A stretch of 64,000 bases of DNA from Vicugna vicugna (lineage: Eukaryota): assembly GCA_013265495.1 (NCBI GenBank), contig MU058658.1:433059-497058 (forward strand), in the 5' to 3' direction. Below the pieces are notes generated by a model, which saw only the letters and a list, made by a program, of their open reading frames with translations, was not told where the DNA came from and searched no databases. This document shows, piece after piece, positions 12,092 to 25,810 of this stretch. A program made the position numbers and the translations under genes. Each line of letters opens with the position of its first letter. Position 1 is the stretch's first letter.

Positions 12092-13677
12092 GTAAGGGGA
12101 AGAAGCCCCGGTTCCTACAGAAATGCCGTCCCTTCCCCTGGTCCTGGCACATGATCTGGAGACACTGTTGTCCTAGGTTCTGGGCCCTGGGGTCCCCTCA
12201 GGCCCAGGATCCTGGAGGTCAGAAGTGGTCCTGAGGTGTTTCCGTGTGTCTAGTGAAGAAGGTCAAATGGTGAGATGTCCCTGGGCACAGGGGCTGGCCT
12301 GTCCACATGTCTGGAGATGAGAGTGAGTTGGAAGAGCTCAGGGAGCAGCAGGACTCTGCTTCGTGGACTGATGAAAAGACTGAGGGCGGGACTCGCTCCT
12401 GGGACGGCAGCCTGGGGAGCTGGGGCTCTCCTGAGGGTGTGGGGGCCGTGCCGGGTTTGCAGCAGAGGGGGGAGTGGTCTGCCTCTGGGTCTGAAGAGGC
12501 TGCTCTGCCTGCCAAGGGGAGGAGATTGTGGGGGTGAGGGTGGAGCCAGGGAGACCCAGTGGAGGGACAGTCCTGGTGAAGGTCCACTGAGACTGGATCC
12601 CAGCAGTGGCTCTGTAGCAGGAGAGGAGGTTCGTTTCTGTCTCGTGTGTGAGTAAAGGTGACTTTCTGCTGTACAGGGTGAGGGACAGTGGCCTGACACG
12701 ACCCCACGACGTGTGCCTTCAGGGGAGAGTGGAGATGCCGTTTCTGAGATGGGAAGCCAAAGTAGGAGTGGTTAACAGAAGTGCTAGCCAGAGTGCCGCA
12801 TCGCCAGGCTGAGCGTGAGGTGTCGGGGGGCGAGTGGAAACACCTCTGGAGGTCAGGGAGGGCGGTCAGGCTTGAAGGTGCTCCTGAGCAGGTGGAGAGC
12901 ACGTGGCCCAGGTCAGGTCTGAGCTCACAGGTCGTGGGGGCGATGGCATGAAGGTTGTGGGGGAGGAGGGTCTTCTCCGTGGACTGGCTCACTTGTTGGG
13001 CAGTGGGACAGGGGTGGGTGTCATCACTGACGGATGCGTAGGTACAGTGACCATGAGTGTGTGTGCTGGGGCTGTGAGGGCCTCAGGTGCATCCTGGTCG
13101 CGGCACAGGATCCTAAGGGGTGGAGAAGGAACTACTGAGAGGGACCCGGAGGTGAGGCCTGGGGCATTATCTCCCCTCCGCAGGCTCGGGTTTGTGATAA
13201 GTGCTGCTGGAGCCTGAAGACTGTCAGACTGGCTGGCCTGTGCTGAGGGGGTGTGGGGAACACAGTGAGACGCCCGGGGCCTGGAGCAGAGGTGGCAGTG
13301 TTGGGGTGGGGGTGGGGGTCGTGGTCTGCGGGTGCGGGAGGTGAGATCCTCCCCGCTGGGCCGTGGGGAGGGAGTGTGAGGATGACTCGGGGCCCTTGTG
13401 CTCAGGTTTCCTCCAGGAGGCTGAGTGCCAGTGTCATGGTTGGTGGCTCGGTCTGTGTGATCCCAGGAGAGCCGAGCGGAAGGAGAGTAACTGGGCGGGT
13501 GTGCGGCAGCCCAGAGCACCTGTGAGACCGCCCCTCCCTCTCTGGCTTAACTGAATGATCTGAATGATGGCGGTCTCTGTGGCATCAGTCTCCACTCTGA
13601 GGGGGGCCCTGGGTGGACACCCATGACCTGGGGTCCTGGTTCAGAGGCTGCCGTGAACTCACCTGTCCCCCTCCTGA

Positions 13678-14145
<468 letters not shown>

Positions 14146-15087
14146 TGAGCATCTGTGGTCCACACACACTCTTGTTTTTCAGTATTCTCCCCACGGTTCC
14201 TACAGCAGTAAATATCTTTCCTCCAGTCTGTCATTGGTTGATTCCCTCTGGGCCAGTGTCTTTCTCATAGTGGCCCTGTTTTCCTGTGAGGACTTGGATC
14301 TGGTAGGTTCCACGGCCACCCATCCTGAGCTGAGGGGTGGAGGCAGCCCTGGGTGCCTGACGAGGCAGACACCTCTCTAGACACAGGAAGAGGGTTGACT
14401 GGATCCGGGGCCGTGAAGAGGAGCTGTAGGAAGGCGTGGCAGCATCCGTGAGCCTCATCCTACAAGCAGATGTCCTTTGCTCTCCCCTGATTTAGTGCCA
14501 AGACTCAACGATTGGCATACTTCATTTCTTTCTTCCTTTCCTCCTCATTTTGACAGTTTGCCCACTTTTCACTTCTGTGCTTTCTGACCCCTGTCTCCTT
14601 CCTCCCTTAGCGTCCTCCACATCTCTGTTTTGCCCTCTCTTCAGGGTTCTCCAACATGATGCGTTTCATCTATTGTGCATGTCTGTGTGTGATGTTTTTT
14701 GAGAGGTGCGTGTTTACGTATGTGGTCCTCAAACACTGGGTCGCCAGGTAAGATTGCATTTTTGTGGAGGCCGACACACATTCTATGTGCACACACTTGT
14801 CACCACCAAACCCTGGTAAACACCACTGGCCAAGGAGTGGGTTGTTCCAGGCCTCTCCTCCTGGCAAGCACCGTATCCCGGTATCCAGGTTCTTGCTGGT
14901 CTGAGACATTTCCCATCCCGTGACCATCAGAAGGCAAGCACTGCACAGTGCCCTCCTGTGCTACTTGATCCTTCCTCCCTTGTGTCGAAAACAAGCCCAC
15001 TGACCTATGTGTCATGCACAGAATTGTAATGGGCTCCTGTTGCACCAACGTCTCCCTTCAGCTTTTCAGCACTTTTTGTGCTTTCAG

Positions 15088-16586
15088 GTTGTTGCCCTGG
15101 AGTACACGCCGAGGTGGTCACTTCTGAGCAAGGTGTTTCTGTAGAACAAGTGGCACAAGCCAGGAGTCCAAAGCCAGACCCATCCACCCTGAAGACTCTT
15201 ACGTCCGATACGTGTGTCCTGGTAGAGACAGATGTTTCATACCTGGCCGAGCACCAAGGAGTCCCTCCTGGTCTGGAGCCATCCTCTCCTGGGGCCTCTG
15301 GGGAAATGTTCAGTTCTTACCTAGAGCAGCACCAGAAGCAGCCCAGGGGAGAGAAACACCTCACAGGGGAGGAGAGCAGGGCCTTGCTCGTGACCGGCTG
15401 CAGAGCGCGTGTGTCTGACAGCATGTTCCCGTGCAGGGAGGGCGAGAAGGATTTCCTAGGCACCCTGGGCTTCGTCCAGCACCAGCCCTGCCACAGTGGA
15501 GAGCACCCACGTCGAAGCAGGAAGAGCAGGGAGGTCTCCCACCCTGAGCAAGGGCATTACAAGTGCAGCGACTGTGGCAGAGCCTTCAATAAAAAGTATA
15601 AATTTACGGAGCACCTGAGAGTTCACACTGGAGAAAAACCTTATGAGTGCAGTGACTGCGGGAAGTTCTTCAGACTCAGGGGGGGTCTTACTCATCATCG
15701 GAGAGTTCACACAGGGGATAAGCCTTTTGACTGTAGTAAATGTGGGAAAGTCTTCCTGTACAAATGTAAACTTGTTGAGCACCAAAGAGTCCACACTGGA
15801 GAAAGACCCTATGAGTGTAACGAATGTGGGAGAGCCTATGCCCGCAAGGATTCACTGGTTCAGCACCAAAAAGTCCACACTGGAGAGAAACCTCATACCT
15901 GCAGTGAATGTGGGAAGCCCTTCCTTTACAGAAATAAACTTCTCGTGCACCAGAGGATCCACACTGGAGAAAAGCCTTTTAAGTGTAAGGAATGTGGGAA
16001 GTCCTTCAGTTACAAAACAAGTCTCATTGTCCACCAGAGAACCCACACTGGAGAACGGCCTTACGTGTGCAGTGAGTGTGGGAAAGCCTATGTCAACAAG
16101 AAAAGTCTTGTTGTCCACCAGAGAATTCATACTGGAGAGAGGGCTTACGAGTGTAGCAAATGTGGGAACTTCTTTACAAGCAACTTTGCCTTCAATAAAC
16201 ACCAGAACGTTCACGCTGCACGAAGGCGTTATGAGTGCAGTGAGTGCGGGAAAGCTTTCAAGAGGAAAATCAGACTTATTGAGCACCGCAGGATCCACAC
16301 TGGAGAAAGGCCCTACGAGTGCAACGAATGTGGGAAAGCCTTCAAGCTCAAGAATACCCTTGTTGGCCACCAGAATGTCCACACTGGAGCAAAGCCTTTC
16401 CAGTGCGGTGAGTGTGGGAAGCCCTACAGCAACAAAACGAGCCTTGTTGTCCACCAGAGAATTCACACTGGAGTAAAGCCTTTCCAGTGCGGTGAGTGTG
16501 GGAAGCCCTACAGCTACAGGACGAGTCTGATTGTCCACCAGAGGATCCACACTGCGGAAAAGTCTTCCGAGTGCGGTTCTTTGTAG
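15088..16586 (+). CDS. Spacer plus 12 C2H2 zinc-finger exon; spliced protein about 565 aa (552 aa without the microexon)
   Basis: ctttcag|GT TGT TGC acceptor in phase with the KRAB-A exon; 12 intact CxxC-x12-HxxxH fingers, mostly TGEKP/TGERP linkers; TAG at 16584-16586. Confidence 0.95.
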
Positions 16587-18727
16587 GCAGCTCCTAAGTG
16601 CATGATAAACAAGGGATTTCACACTGGGGAGATGCCTTCTGGACTGAGCTTTCCTGCGCTTGAGTTAATACCTAGCAGCACAGTCCCTGGGTCGTAGAGT
16701 AGGTGCCTGTTCCCCTTCTGTGGGGCCCGTCACACATTCCTAAAGTGGCGGTGTCCTTGTACAGTCTCACCAGAACAGCCAGAGCCCGCGTTCCCGCGCT
16801 TGACGTTCTCACCAGCACTTGGTGTGGTTAGGCTTTCTAACATCAGTGACATCATAGGTGTACGGTGGTAGCAAGTGATTTAAATTTGCATTTCTCTAAC
16901 GAGATGGTATTAAGTGGTCTTCCCTGTGTTAATTCCCAACCATGTATCATTTTTGAAATGTCTGTTCATATCCTTTCTTGTGTTAATTACTGACTTTTGA
17001 CATTTCTTCATGGATTATTCATCAAGGTTCTCTAATGGAAATATTTACCAATACATTCTTCCAGAATTGGGTTTGCCGTTTCAGTCGATTTTCTAGGAAA
17101 ATATTTTTAATTTCAGTGTAGTCTAATTTGTCCATTTATTCTTCTGCTGATGATTCTTTTGGTGTTGTAAATAAGCAGCGTTTTCCAAATATAAAGACAC
17201 TGTTTCCTATGTTTCCTTCTGTAACTTGTATGGTTTAGGGTTTTTATTGATGTAAATGAATCATTTTCAGTTAATTTTAGAAGTTATTTTTTAAAAATAT
17301 GGATACCCATTTATCGCAGTGATAGTGATTTAAAAGATTATACCTTTTCCCCTGAATTGCTCTAGTATCTTCATTGAAGGTCCATCAATTTAGGTATATG
17401 TTTATTTCTGGACTTTCTCTTCTGTTGCCTTTACCTACTGTGTTTATACCAGTGTTTTGATGTGCTGAGTAATTTGTTTTATATATGTCTTGAAATCAAA
17501 GTCATATACTCCGATTTTCTTTACTTTTCAAAGGCATTGTAGCCATTCTTGGTTCTTAGCCTTTCCATGTGAATTTTAGAGTCCAGTTTTCAGTTTGTAC
17601 ATCACAAAAAATCTTCCTAGCAGCTTGATTGGGATTGCATTTAATCTTTAGTTTAGAAAGAAATACTGAGTGTCCCAGTCAATGAACATGATCTATTTCC
17701 TTTTATTTAGATCTGATTTAATTTTTCTTAGTAATGTTTTTTTTAGATTTCTATTCACAGGTCTTGCATATGTATTTTCTACAACTGATGATTCTGTGAA
17801 TAGGAATTTTAAACTTTTTTTAATTTGTGAGTTGTTCAGTGCTAGGACTCTGAGCTATCAAAGTAAGGATAGACGTGATCCTTCTTAATCTTATAAGTGA
17901 CATCTACAGAGAGTTGTTAGAAGTACTGTACCTTTGAACCATTATTAAAATACTTGCATTAGGATAAAATAAAAGGAGGACAGCTGCCCATTGCTCTCTT
18001 ACACACTGCTGTCCTGGAGCTCCAGTTTCATTCAGTGACGCAAAATGACGAATATGCCACAGTGGGAAAGGAAGAAATAAATCACCAAACTTACATCCTC
18101 ATTTGTCATCTTCACTGAGTCCAAATGTGGACACTCAATTTAGTGCCTGAATCCATCATAAACTCCTAATTTTTTCATCACCCATATGCTGCCCTTCTTG
18201 CTTCCTTAGGACCCTTTCCCTTCTGTTAAACTATGCACTCAACATCATAGATGAGCTGCTCATTGTATTGTTCTAGCAAATACAGAGTAAGTTCCAGGAG
18301 GGAAATGTGTGTTTATATGTTGTGCACTGGTAGAGTCCATAATCCCAGAAAAAAGCCTGAAATACATATGGTACATATTGATGTCTAAAAATACGGGACA
18401 AACTATCAGCACAAATGTAACGTTCATTTGCGCATCTGTGAATATACTTCCTACACCTCTTCACACTGTCTTATTTCACTACCTTCAATGCTCTTCAGTT
18501 ATGGGAAGAAACCATATTTTGCAAAAAGTGTTTAAATCAACTAAAAGGCTCCAACACCATTTTATTGGCTTCCTTCTCTTATTAGATCTCAGATTTTTTT
18601 CCTCACATTCCATCAGAATTTTGATTGTTTATTTCAAAAACCAGTTTTCCTGCATCAATGTGTGCCACTCCTGATGGGTATCTGTCTTATGAAGCATTTT
18701 TGATAGCTCTTGGTAGGTACACAGTCC

Positions 18728-18931
18728 CATGTTTTTCAGAGTTCATCTCCACTCCCCATGCAGACACTGTCAGTGCGCTTACAGGTGAAGTGTTAATCAG
18801 TTCCCCATGAACAGATGACATCACGGACTTACAAACCTTCATCACAGGCTTATATGTCACCCCTATTGCTCCCTTTCAGAGATGCTGCCATGGCAGTCCT
18901 TGTTCTGGGAGCAAATACACATTCGGTAAGT
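18728..18931 (+). promoter_or_regulatory. Candidate V1R promoter and 5'UTR exon, copy A
   Basis: Homologous to 37128-37326 and to the reverse complement of 60147-60218; TAATCA at 18794; donor CG|GTAAGT at 18926; about 4 kb upstream of the V1R pseudogene at 22790 on the same strand. Confidence 0.6.
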
Positions 18932-21900
18932 ATCTCTTCAGCAATCTGATTGTTTGGAAATATTTATCTCAGGAAACCAAAGATTAACTGTTTTAAAACT
19001 AAATTTGGCTTCCTGAGGTTGGGACAATAGAAATAAAACCTTAGATAGATTAGATATACAGAAACAGAGATTTAGACAGACAGATAAGAAGAAACCCATA
19101 AAAACAGGAAAGCAGAGGCATGTTGCCTGTCATCAGCCTGCTCCAGGAGTACCTGGCATCTCCCCTCTTTGCCTTGGAACTGGACTCACTGGATTCTCAG
19201 TAACCACACTGACTATAAAAGGGCTCACCCTCAAGGCTTCAAGCTAAGGTAGGTTGTGAGTAGTCAGATGAAGATGAGCTCCCACTCTGAATGGAACCCT
19301 GGTGTCTGTGTGACGTCTGTTGATCAGGGACATGTTCCATGGAGCCTTTAATGGAGTCTCTACATTTCCATCCTTGGTGGAAGGCTGTTCATGGCACCTC
19401 ACGTTCCTGGGTGTTCTCTTTATCATACAAATCGACACACTGCCCTCCTGGGGCCTTGGCTTCCATTCCTATAAAAATGGATCCATTCTCCTCTCTTCTA
19501 ACAGTCTATCACCTACTGATACATCTATCTGTGTCTTTTTATCTGTCATCTTTGCTTTACTGTAATTTCACCTCAACTGCATGTCCCGTTTATATATTTT
19601 TTTAAACAGAAAATAAAAATTTGGACGAGAGACTCTCTTAGAAGAACAGACCCACCCTACATTCAATGAGAATTTAATTTAGACCCTTCCTGTGTCTACA
19701 CAGACGCTTTGGGAAGTTACCAGTCATTGTCGGTGAGTCACTGCAGGTTGTCAGGAGTGGAGTAACCTGCAGCCTCAGCACTGCCATGGTTGCAGACACT
19801 CAGGTTTATGCAAACTTCCAGATTCCCACAGTCATTCTATTGACATTTGTTTTTGTTATTTAACCTCATCTTGAGTCTTCTCAAGATTCCTGGTTCATTC
19901 CTTTGTCCATTTCACTTCATTTTTTGATTTTTTAACCTACTTTCATTACACTGGTGGTATTTTTTACTTCCACTTTAAATAGTATAAGACTCATAATGTT
20001 TACTATTAATATTTTGAAAGGATCCATTTGTGTATAAAGTTAAATTGAATAAGGACATCGGTACACCACACTCCTCCCGCACACAGTCTGCAATCCAGGG
20101 AATGAACACTGTTCACAAATGGTGAGGATCCCTCCAGAGAGAAGTGACAATTTCTTCCAAATCCACACAAATGCTCAATAAGATCTCTCTTCTCTTAATC
20201 CCAAATTAACTACTCTAAAGTGTACAACTTCTAGATTTGAATGAAAGATGCTGTTGGTGTAAAGGGGGTGATTCAAAAAATGGGATAAGTTTAAAGAAAA
20301 CTATGTAAACCTGTACATATTCTGCACTCAAGAAAGGTTTAAATATCCCCTGCTTTTAACACCACCTTACATGAGCCTCAATATCTAAATTGTGTTTAAT
20401 TAGTTATGGTTTGTGATTGGAAAGAAAAAATAGAAATTCAGCATCAGAGAATTATGACCCACAATATATTTTGGGAAATTAACATATCTTAGTGTTGAGA
20501 ACCAATGGGAGAGTGTTTTCAGTTTCACTGGTATTTCTATCATTTGTGAAAGATGTCTGATGCACACATGAATGTCTGTTAAGTACTGCCTATCCATGTA
20601 CGTGCCCAGCATCTTTTTGGGTCCTTCAGAAATGTAATTACTATTGTTACTCAAGTTATTGGTAATAGATTCTTGTTCTATGTTCTGTAAATAAAAATGG
20701 AAGGCTAATTTTAATTTGTTTAATATAATTTATGAGTATTATTACAAAAATAATCTATGAATATTATTAGGAAATAAAATGGCCTCTAGTTTGGATCATG
20801 TGGAGCAGTGATTTCCTCAATCCAAAGTCATGAAAGCATGCTCCAACATACTTACTTAGAGATTTATCATTCTTTACATTTTGAGATCTAGGGTGTCATT
20901 TACTTCTAATTGTGAAGGCCGAGTTTACTTCTATTTTATTGAATCTCTGTTTTATGGTACAAATATTTAAATATCACGTAATAAAGGATTTCTCAAGATG
21001 TTGATAATTTATCTTTACCAGGAAAACTATATCCATTGACGTGTGTGTGATTTGTTTTAGATGCTCCCTGTTCTGTGCCACTGAGTAGTGTGTTTTTTAT
21101 TTTCAGTATAAAGGAGTAACTAACACCCATTGCTTTTGAGATTTCTGGTTTTAAAATTCTGACTATTTTATATTTACTTGGGAAATGTTAGAAATATTAC
21201 ATGTTTCTAACTTTAAACGTTGGAAATATTTCCCAAAATAAGTATTATCAAAATATGAGTATTGGGATTACGTTAAAGAAGAAACTTTGATTGTAAAAAC
21301 TGTTTGCCATGTTTGCTTGGGCTACAGTTTGTCTCTGCTGTTATTTTTGATCTTCGTATTTTAATAGAGTTTTAAAGTTTGCTTGTTTTTTAAGTTACCT
21401 AATTTTAGTGTTACTTTGCCAAGTGTTAATAGGATTATTATTTTTTTAAATGTCTCAGTATTGATGCAATTGCCAAAATGTGATATGGAAAACACTTTAA
21501 AGTACCTTTGGAGAAATGTTTGCACCGTATAGATCCCTTGGATTTTTTAATTGAAATATTTCTTGTGAAAAGAAGTGGTTCACATGCAGTGGTAAGAGAA
21601 CACAGAGAGATGCTGTGTGTAGTTTGCCCAGTGCTCCCAAGGGTGACACTTCGCAGGACTATGTTATGACACAACTAAGAATGATATTGGTGTTGACCCT
21701 GCCACCTGATCTTACTCAGATCGCCCTGTTTGCTCCTGTGCTCAGATGTGTGTGTTTATCCCTCTGGGTCTTAAAGCCACTTTATTTGTCCTGGGACCTC
21801 ATCAAGGGTACACACACTTTCTTCCATTTTTGTTTTGATTTTATGGATTTTAAAATTCCATTTTGATTGAACATTGTTTAAACATTATGGAAAATACTTA

Positions 21901-22074
21901 AATTGGTACAGAGTAAAAACTATAGTACAGGAAAATGTCCTCATGTTCGTTCCTGTCCTTCCAAACTATTAAATCTCTGTCCCTAAATTTTACTCTTCTA
22001 CTTGACTCAAAACAGTATATTTTGTATACTCTTCTGGACTATAGTTTTTCACTTAAGAAATACTGTGGTAAGGG

Positions 22075-22745
22075 AGCCCTTGACACTGTTGGTGGAATGT
22101 AAATTGGTGCAGTCACTGTGGAACACAGTATGGCAGTTTCTCAAAAAACTAAAAATAGAACTACCACATGACCCAGCAATCCCACCCCTGGACATGTATC
22201 TGGAAAGAACACAAACACTAGTTCAAAAAGATACATGAACCCTAATATTCATAGCATCATCATTTATAATTGTCAAGATACGGAAGCAGCCTGAGTGTCT
22301 ATCAACAAATGAATGGATAAAGATGTTTTTATATACAATGGAATACTACTCAGCCATAAAAAACAATGACATTTTGCCGTTTGCAACAAGGATAGACTGG
22401 GAGGGTATTATGCTAAGTGAAATAAGTTATACAGAGAAAGGCATACTGTATGATATCACTTATATGCAATCTAAAAAATAAAACTAACAAATATAACAAA
22501 AAAACCGAAAGTCTCACAGATACAGAGAACAAACTAGTGATTACCAGAGGTGAGAAGGCAAGATGGGGTGGGAGATTAAGAGGTACAAACTGCTGTGTAT
22601 AAAATAAATAAGCTACACAAGGATATGTGTGCAGCACAGGGAATACAGCCAGCATTTTATACTAAATGTAACTGGAATATAACCTTTAAAAATTGTGAAT
22701 CACTATGTTGTACACTTGAAACATATAAGATTGTACATCAAAGAT
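22075..22745 (+). mobile_element. L1 3' end (ORF2 tail and 3'UTR)
   Basis: Encodes [43 protein letters not shown] (L1 ORF2 C-terminus) followed by a typical 3'UTR. Confidence 0.9.
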
Positions 22746-22789
22746 AAATAGATAGATATCTCTCAGCCTGCCCCCAAGCTCTGCCAGTG

Positions 22790-23465
22790 AACTTGCTTTT
22801 TTATTACTGCACAGTGGGTACAGGGGTCTCCTCCTGCACCGTCTGTCTCCTTAGTGGATTCCAGGTCATTAAGCTGAATGCTAGTATTTGTAGCTGGGTG
22901 TAACTCAAGATTAAGTCCCAAAGTTCATTGGCTTCTGTTGTTTCTTGTGCTGGATCCTACATTTCTTGACAGATGTACGTGTTCCTATAATTGTGAGTGG
23001 TCTGCTGAATAGCAAAACCTTAGTGTAAAAATTGATGATGGATTCGGCAGCTGGAACGGGACGGGAAGACTGCACATGACGTGCAGTCCTATGTCGTTCC
23101 CAGACTGCTGGTCTGAGCTTCAGGTTTGGGCCGGTAGCTGCATGATCTCTGTCCTGCACGAACACAAGCTGCAAAGCCAACGGAGCTGCAGCAACAGCGG
23201 CGCCCTGGGCCTCCTGGGAGCCCAGAGCCACACATGCGCCGCTGTTTCGCTGAGCTCCTTCGGTGCTTTCTGTCCAACCTGTGCTGTTCTGACTGTCGCG
23301 ATGACTCTGGCTGCAAAGCCAGGCCAAGGAACAGTGAACAGCTCTGAGCTCATTACAGCTCTGTGCTCATGCCTCATGTTTTCTAGCATTCGGCCCCTTT
23401 GTGCGCAGAGTGAGTTCCGCTTTGTCTGTGCACGTGGAGAAACTGTCTTCCTGATGCAATTGTAG
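22790..23465 (+). pseudogene. VN1R1-like vomeronasal receptor pseudogene, TM3 to C-terminus, 5' part missing
   Basis: Across frameshifts reads VGTGVSSCTVCLLSGFQVIKLNASICSWV*LKIKS / KFIGFCCFLCWILHFL..VSGLLNSK / VWAGSCMISVLHEHKLQSQ..LSSFGAF..LTVAMTLAAKPGQGTVNS, collinear with recalled VN1R1; TAA at 22901. Confidence 0.85.
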
Positions 23466-23794
23466 TCTGTTTGTTTTCTTTCTGGCACGCAGTCATTTCA
23501 ACATTTGTTAATATTTGGTTAACTATTACATGCCACGGATTGTTGATGCCATGGAAAATCAGGCCAGTGGTGTCCCTGACCACATGAATCTTTACCAAAG
23601 AGCTAAAAATGAACATATTTTCTTAATTATGTGAAGAATATACAATCCAACTATGTGAGGCTGACAAGCGGAGAAGTTCAGGGGATTCTGAAATACTGTA
23701 ATAGAATGAAAATTCTAAGATTAGGGAATTAGGAGACATCTGTCACTTTAAGTCTTATGACGATACATGGAGATTTTTTTCATATATATGTATA

Positions 23795-24312
23795 TGTAAT
23801 AGAAAAGAACAAATCTGTCTCCATATTAGATCTGTTCCTGTGGATTTAGCCCTGTGCTCTATTTTCTAGACTTTGTTTTGCTGGTTCTGCATCTTTTGTA
23901 AAAGAATGTTGTCTACAGCCTGAAATGTACAGGAGAGCCCATTCTCAAGGCTCTGATGTTTGAGGATATTAACACTTTTCCACACATATAAAGTTAAGTT
24001 GCAGAATAGAAAATAATGTTTTTGTTGGAGGTTTTACAGGGACACCATGACCTGACCCACATGGGTAGTTGCAATAACAAAGGATTCCAAGAACAAAGAA
24101 TTACAACACCAAGAAGTTTGCAACAGCCAAGAACACCCTCTCCCCTTTTTAGTATAAAAGGAGCCTAAATTCTGACTTGGTGAAGAGTGTTCTCCAGGAC
24201 ATGAGACTGCCATCTTCTCAGTCTACGACTTCCCAAATAAAATCACTATGCCTTGCGTCTCCTGATTTACTGGTCTGTTGTGTAGTGAGCAGAACAAGTT
24301 TGGACTAGGTAA
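23795..24312 (+). mobile_element. MER41-like ERV1 solo LTR
   Basis: Starts tgtaatagaaaagaacaaatctg; TATAAAA near 24153; AATAAA near 24236; ends gagcagaacaagtttggactaggtaa. Confidence 0.75.
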
Positions 24313-24338
24313 TGTGTGTGTGTGTGTGTGTGTGTGTG
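24313..24338. repeat. (TG)13 microsatellite
   Basis: Direct reading. Confidence 0.95.
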
Positions 24339-24339
24339 T

Positions 24340-24545
24340 ATTACTAAGCCATAAAAAAGAACGAAATAATGCCATTTGCAGCAACATGGATGGACCTGGA
24401 GATCATCATTCTAAGTGAAATAAGCCAGAAAGAGAAAGCAAAATACCATATGATACCACTCATAGGCTGAATAGAAAGAAAGGAAGGAAGGAAGGAAGGA
24501 AGGAAGGAAGGAAGGAAGAAAGGAAGGAAGGAAGGAAGGAAAGAA

Positions 24546-24585
<40 letters not shown>

Positions 24586-24905
24586 AAAAATAGGACATGA
24601 ATGAATTCATCTACAAAACAAACAGATTCACAGACATAGTAAACAATCTTACGGTTACTGGGGGAAAGCGGGTGGAAAGGGATAAATCTGGGTGTTTGAA
24701 ATTTGCAAATGTTAACCACTGTATATAAAAATAGATTTAAAAATTTCTTCTGTATAGCACAAGGAACTATATTTGAATATCTCGTAATAACCTTTAATGA
24801 AAAAGAATGTGAAAATCAATATATGTACGTATTGCATGACTGGGACACTGCGATACACCAGAGATTGACACATTGTAAGGAGCTATACTTCAACTAAAAA
24901 AAAAT
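24340..24905 (+). mobile_element. L1 3'UTR fragment containing a (GGAA)n/(GAAA)n microsatellite at about 24473-24585
   Basis: gccataaaaaagaacgaaataatgccatttgcagcaacatggatggacctggagatc... ending in an A tail near 24896. Confidence 0.9.
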
Positions 24906-25326
24906 ATATATATATATATTTTTTTAATATATAATTAAATAAAAATATAATTTAATGAAAATTATACATTTTAATTGAAGTAAGTATAGTCAAAATACAT
25001 GGACAAAAGTCTTCTCGAGCAACAGAATGCAAAGAAACAATAAGGAAGGGACTAAAAATAACTGTGTGTATGCACAGTTGTGGCAAATTATGAAGAAGAT
25101 ACAGAAATTCCAAAAACCACGTGTGGCCGGTGAGGCTGGGGCACAGCAAAGGGGTCAGGGCAGGAGATGAGGCCGCCCGGACGCGGGCGCCAGGGAGCAG
25201 GGGCTCCAGGCCACAGCAGGGAATACGGCTTCCACCCTAAGTCGGGGCTGCCCAGCTAACCCTAGTGACGTCAAAGACTTCCCATTCTGTATGGCTTCCT
25301 CTTCTGGTTTATTTTCTATTCCTGGT

Positions 25327-25589
25327 TAGTCATTTTTCTTTTCTTTTCTTTTCTTTATTTTTTAACATTTTTTATTGATTTACAATCATTCTACAATGTT
25401 GTGTCAAATTCCAGTGTCCAGCACAATCCCTCAGTCATCCATGGACATATACACACTCATTGTCACATTTTTTTCTCTGCGAGCCATCACAACATTTTGC
25501 GTATATTTCCCTGTGCTATACAGTGTAACCTCGTTCATCCATTCCACAATCTTAAAATCCCAGTCCATCCCCCTAGTCATTTTTCTTTT
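25327..25589 (-). mobile_element. Young 5'-truncated L1 with 16-bp target-site duplication
   Basis: TAGTCATTTTTCTTTT at 25327-25342 and 25574-25589 flanks a T-rich tail and L1 3' end (aacattttttattgatttacaatcatt). Confidence 0.85.
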
Positions 25590-25810
25590 AAATTGCATCT
25601 GGTGACAGTGTGTTGACGACAGATGGGAAGGAGTGGGCCGGGTGGGGGCGGCCAGGTCCTTCCCCGGAGGCAGCTGGGGGAGGGTCGAGGCGGGGATGTG
25701 CCCTGACGCGAGGAACGTGGTTGTAACGCGCTCCCTCTTGTGGCCACGTAGCGAATAGACTGAAGAGACTAGACCTGGACCATCCAAGGGCGAGAGGCTG
25801 AGGGCTGGGC

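Noticed and set aside
10158..13554. ORFs of 248, 257 and 176 aa on the minus strand in the ZNF introns
   Set aside because: Low-complexity Pro/Ser/His translations of G-rich intron sequence with no recognisable domain.
15560..16560. Periodic repeats that could be mistaken for a CRISPR array
   Set aside because: The 84-bp period is the C2H2 finger unit in one open frame; the DNA is mammalian and no cas genes are present.
15456..16622. Long antisense and alternate-frame ORFs over the zinc-finger exons (also 46567-47695)
   Set aside because: Expected by-products of the 84-bp finger repeat and its codon bias; no independent coding evidence.
24344..24719. Hydrophobic FLPS/FFLS-repeat ORFs
   Set aside because: Translation of the GGAA/GAAA microsatellite inside an L1 3'UTR.
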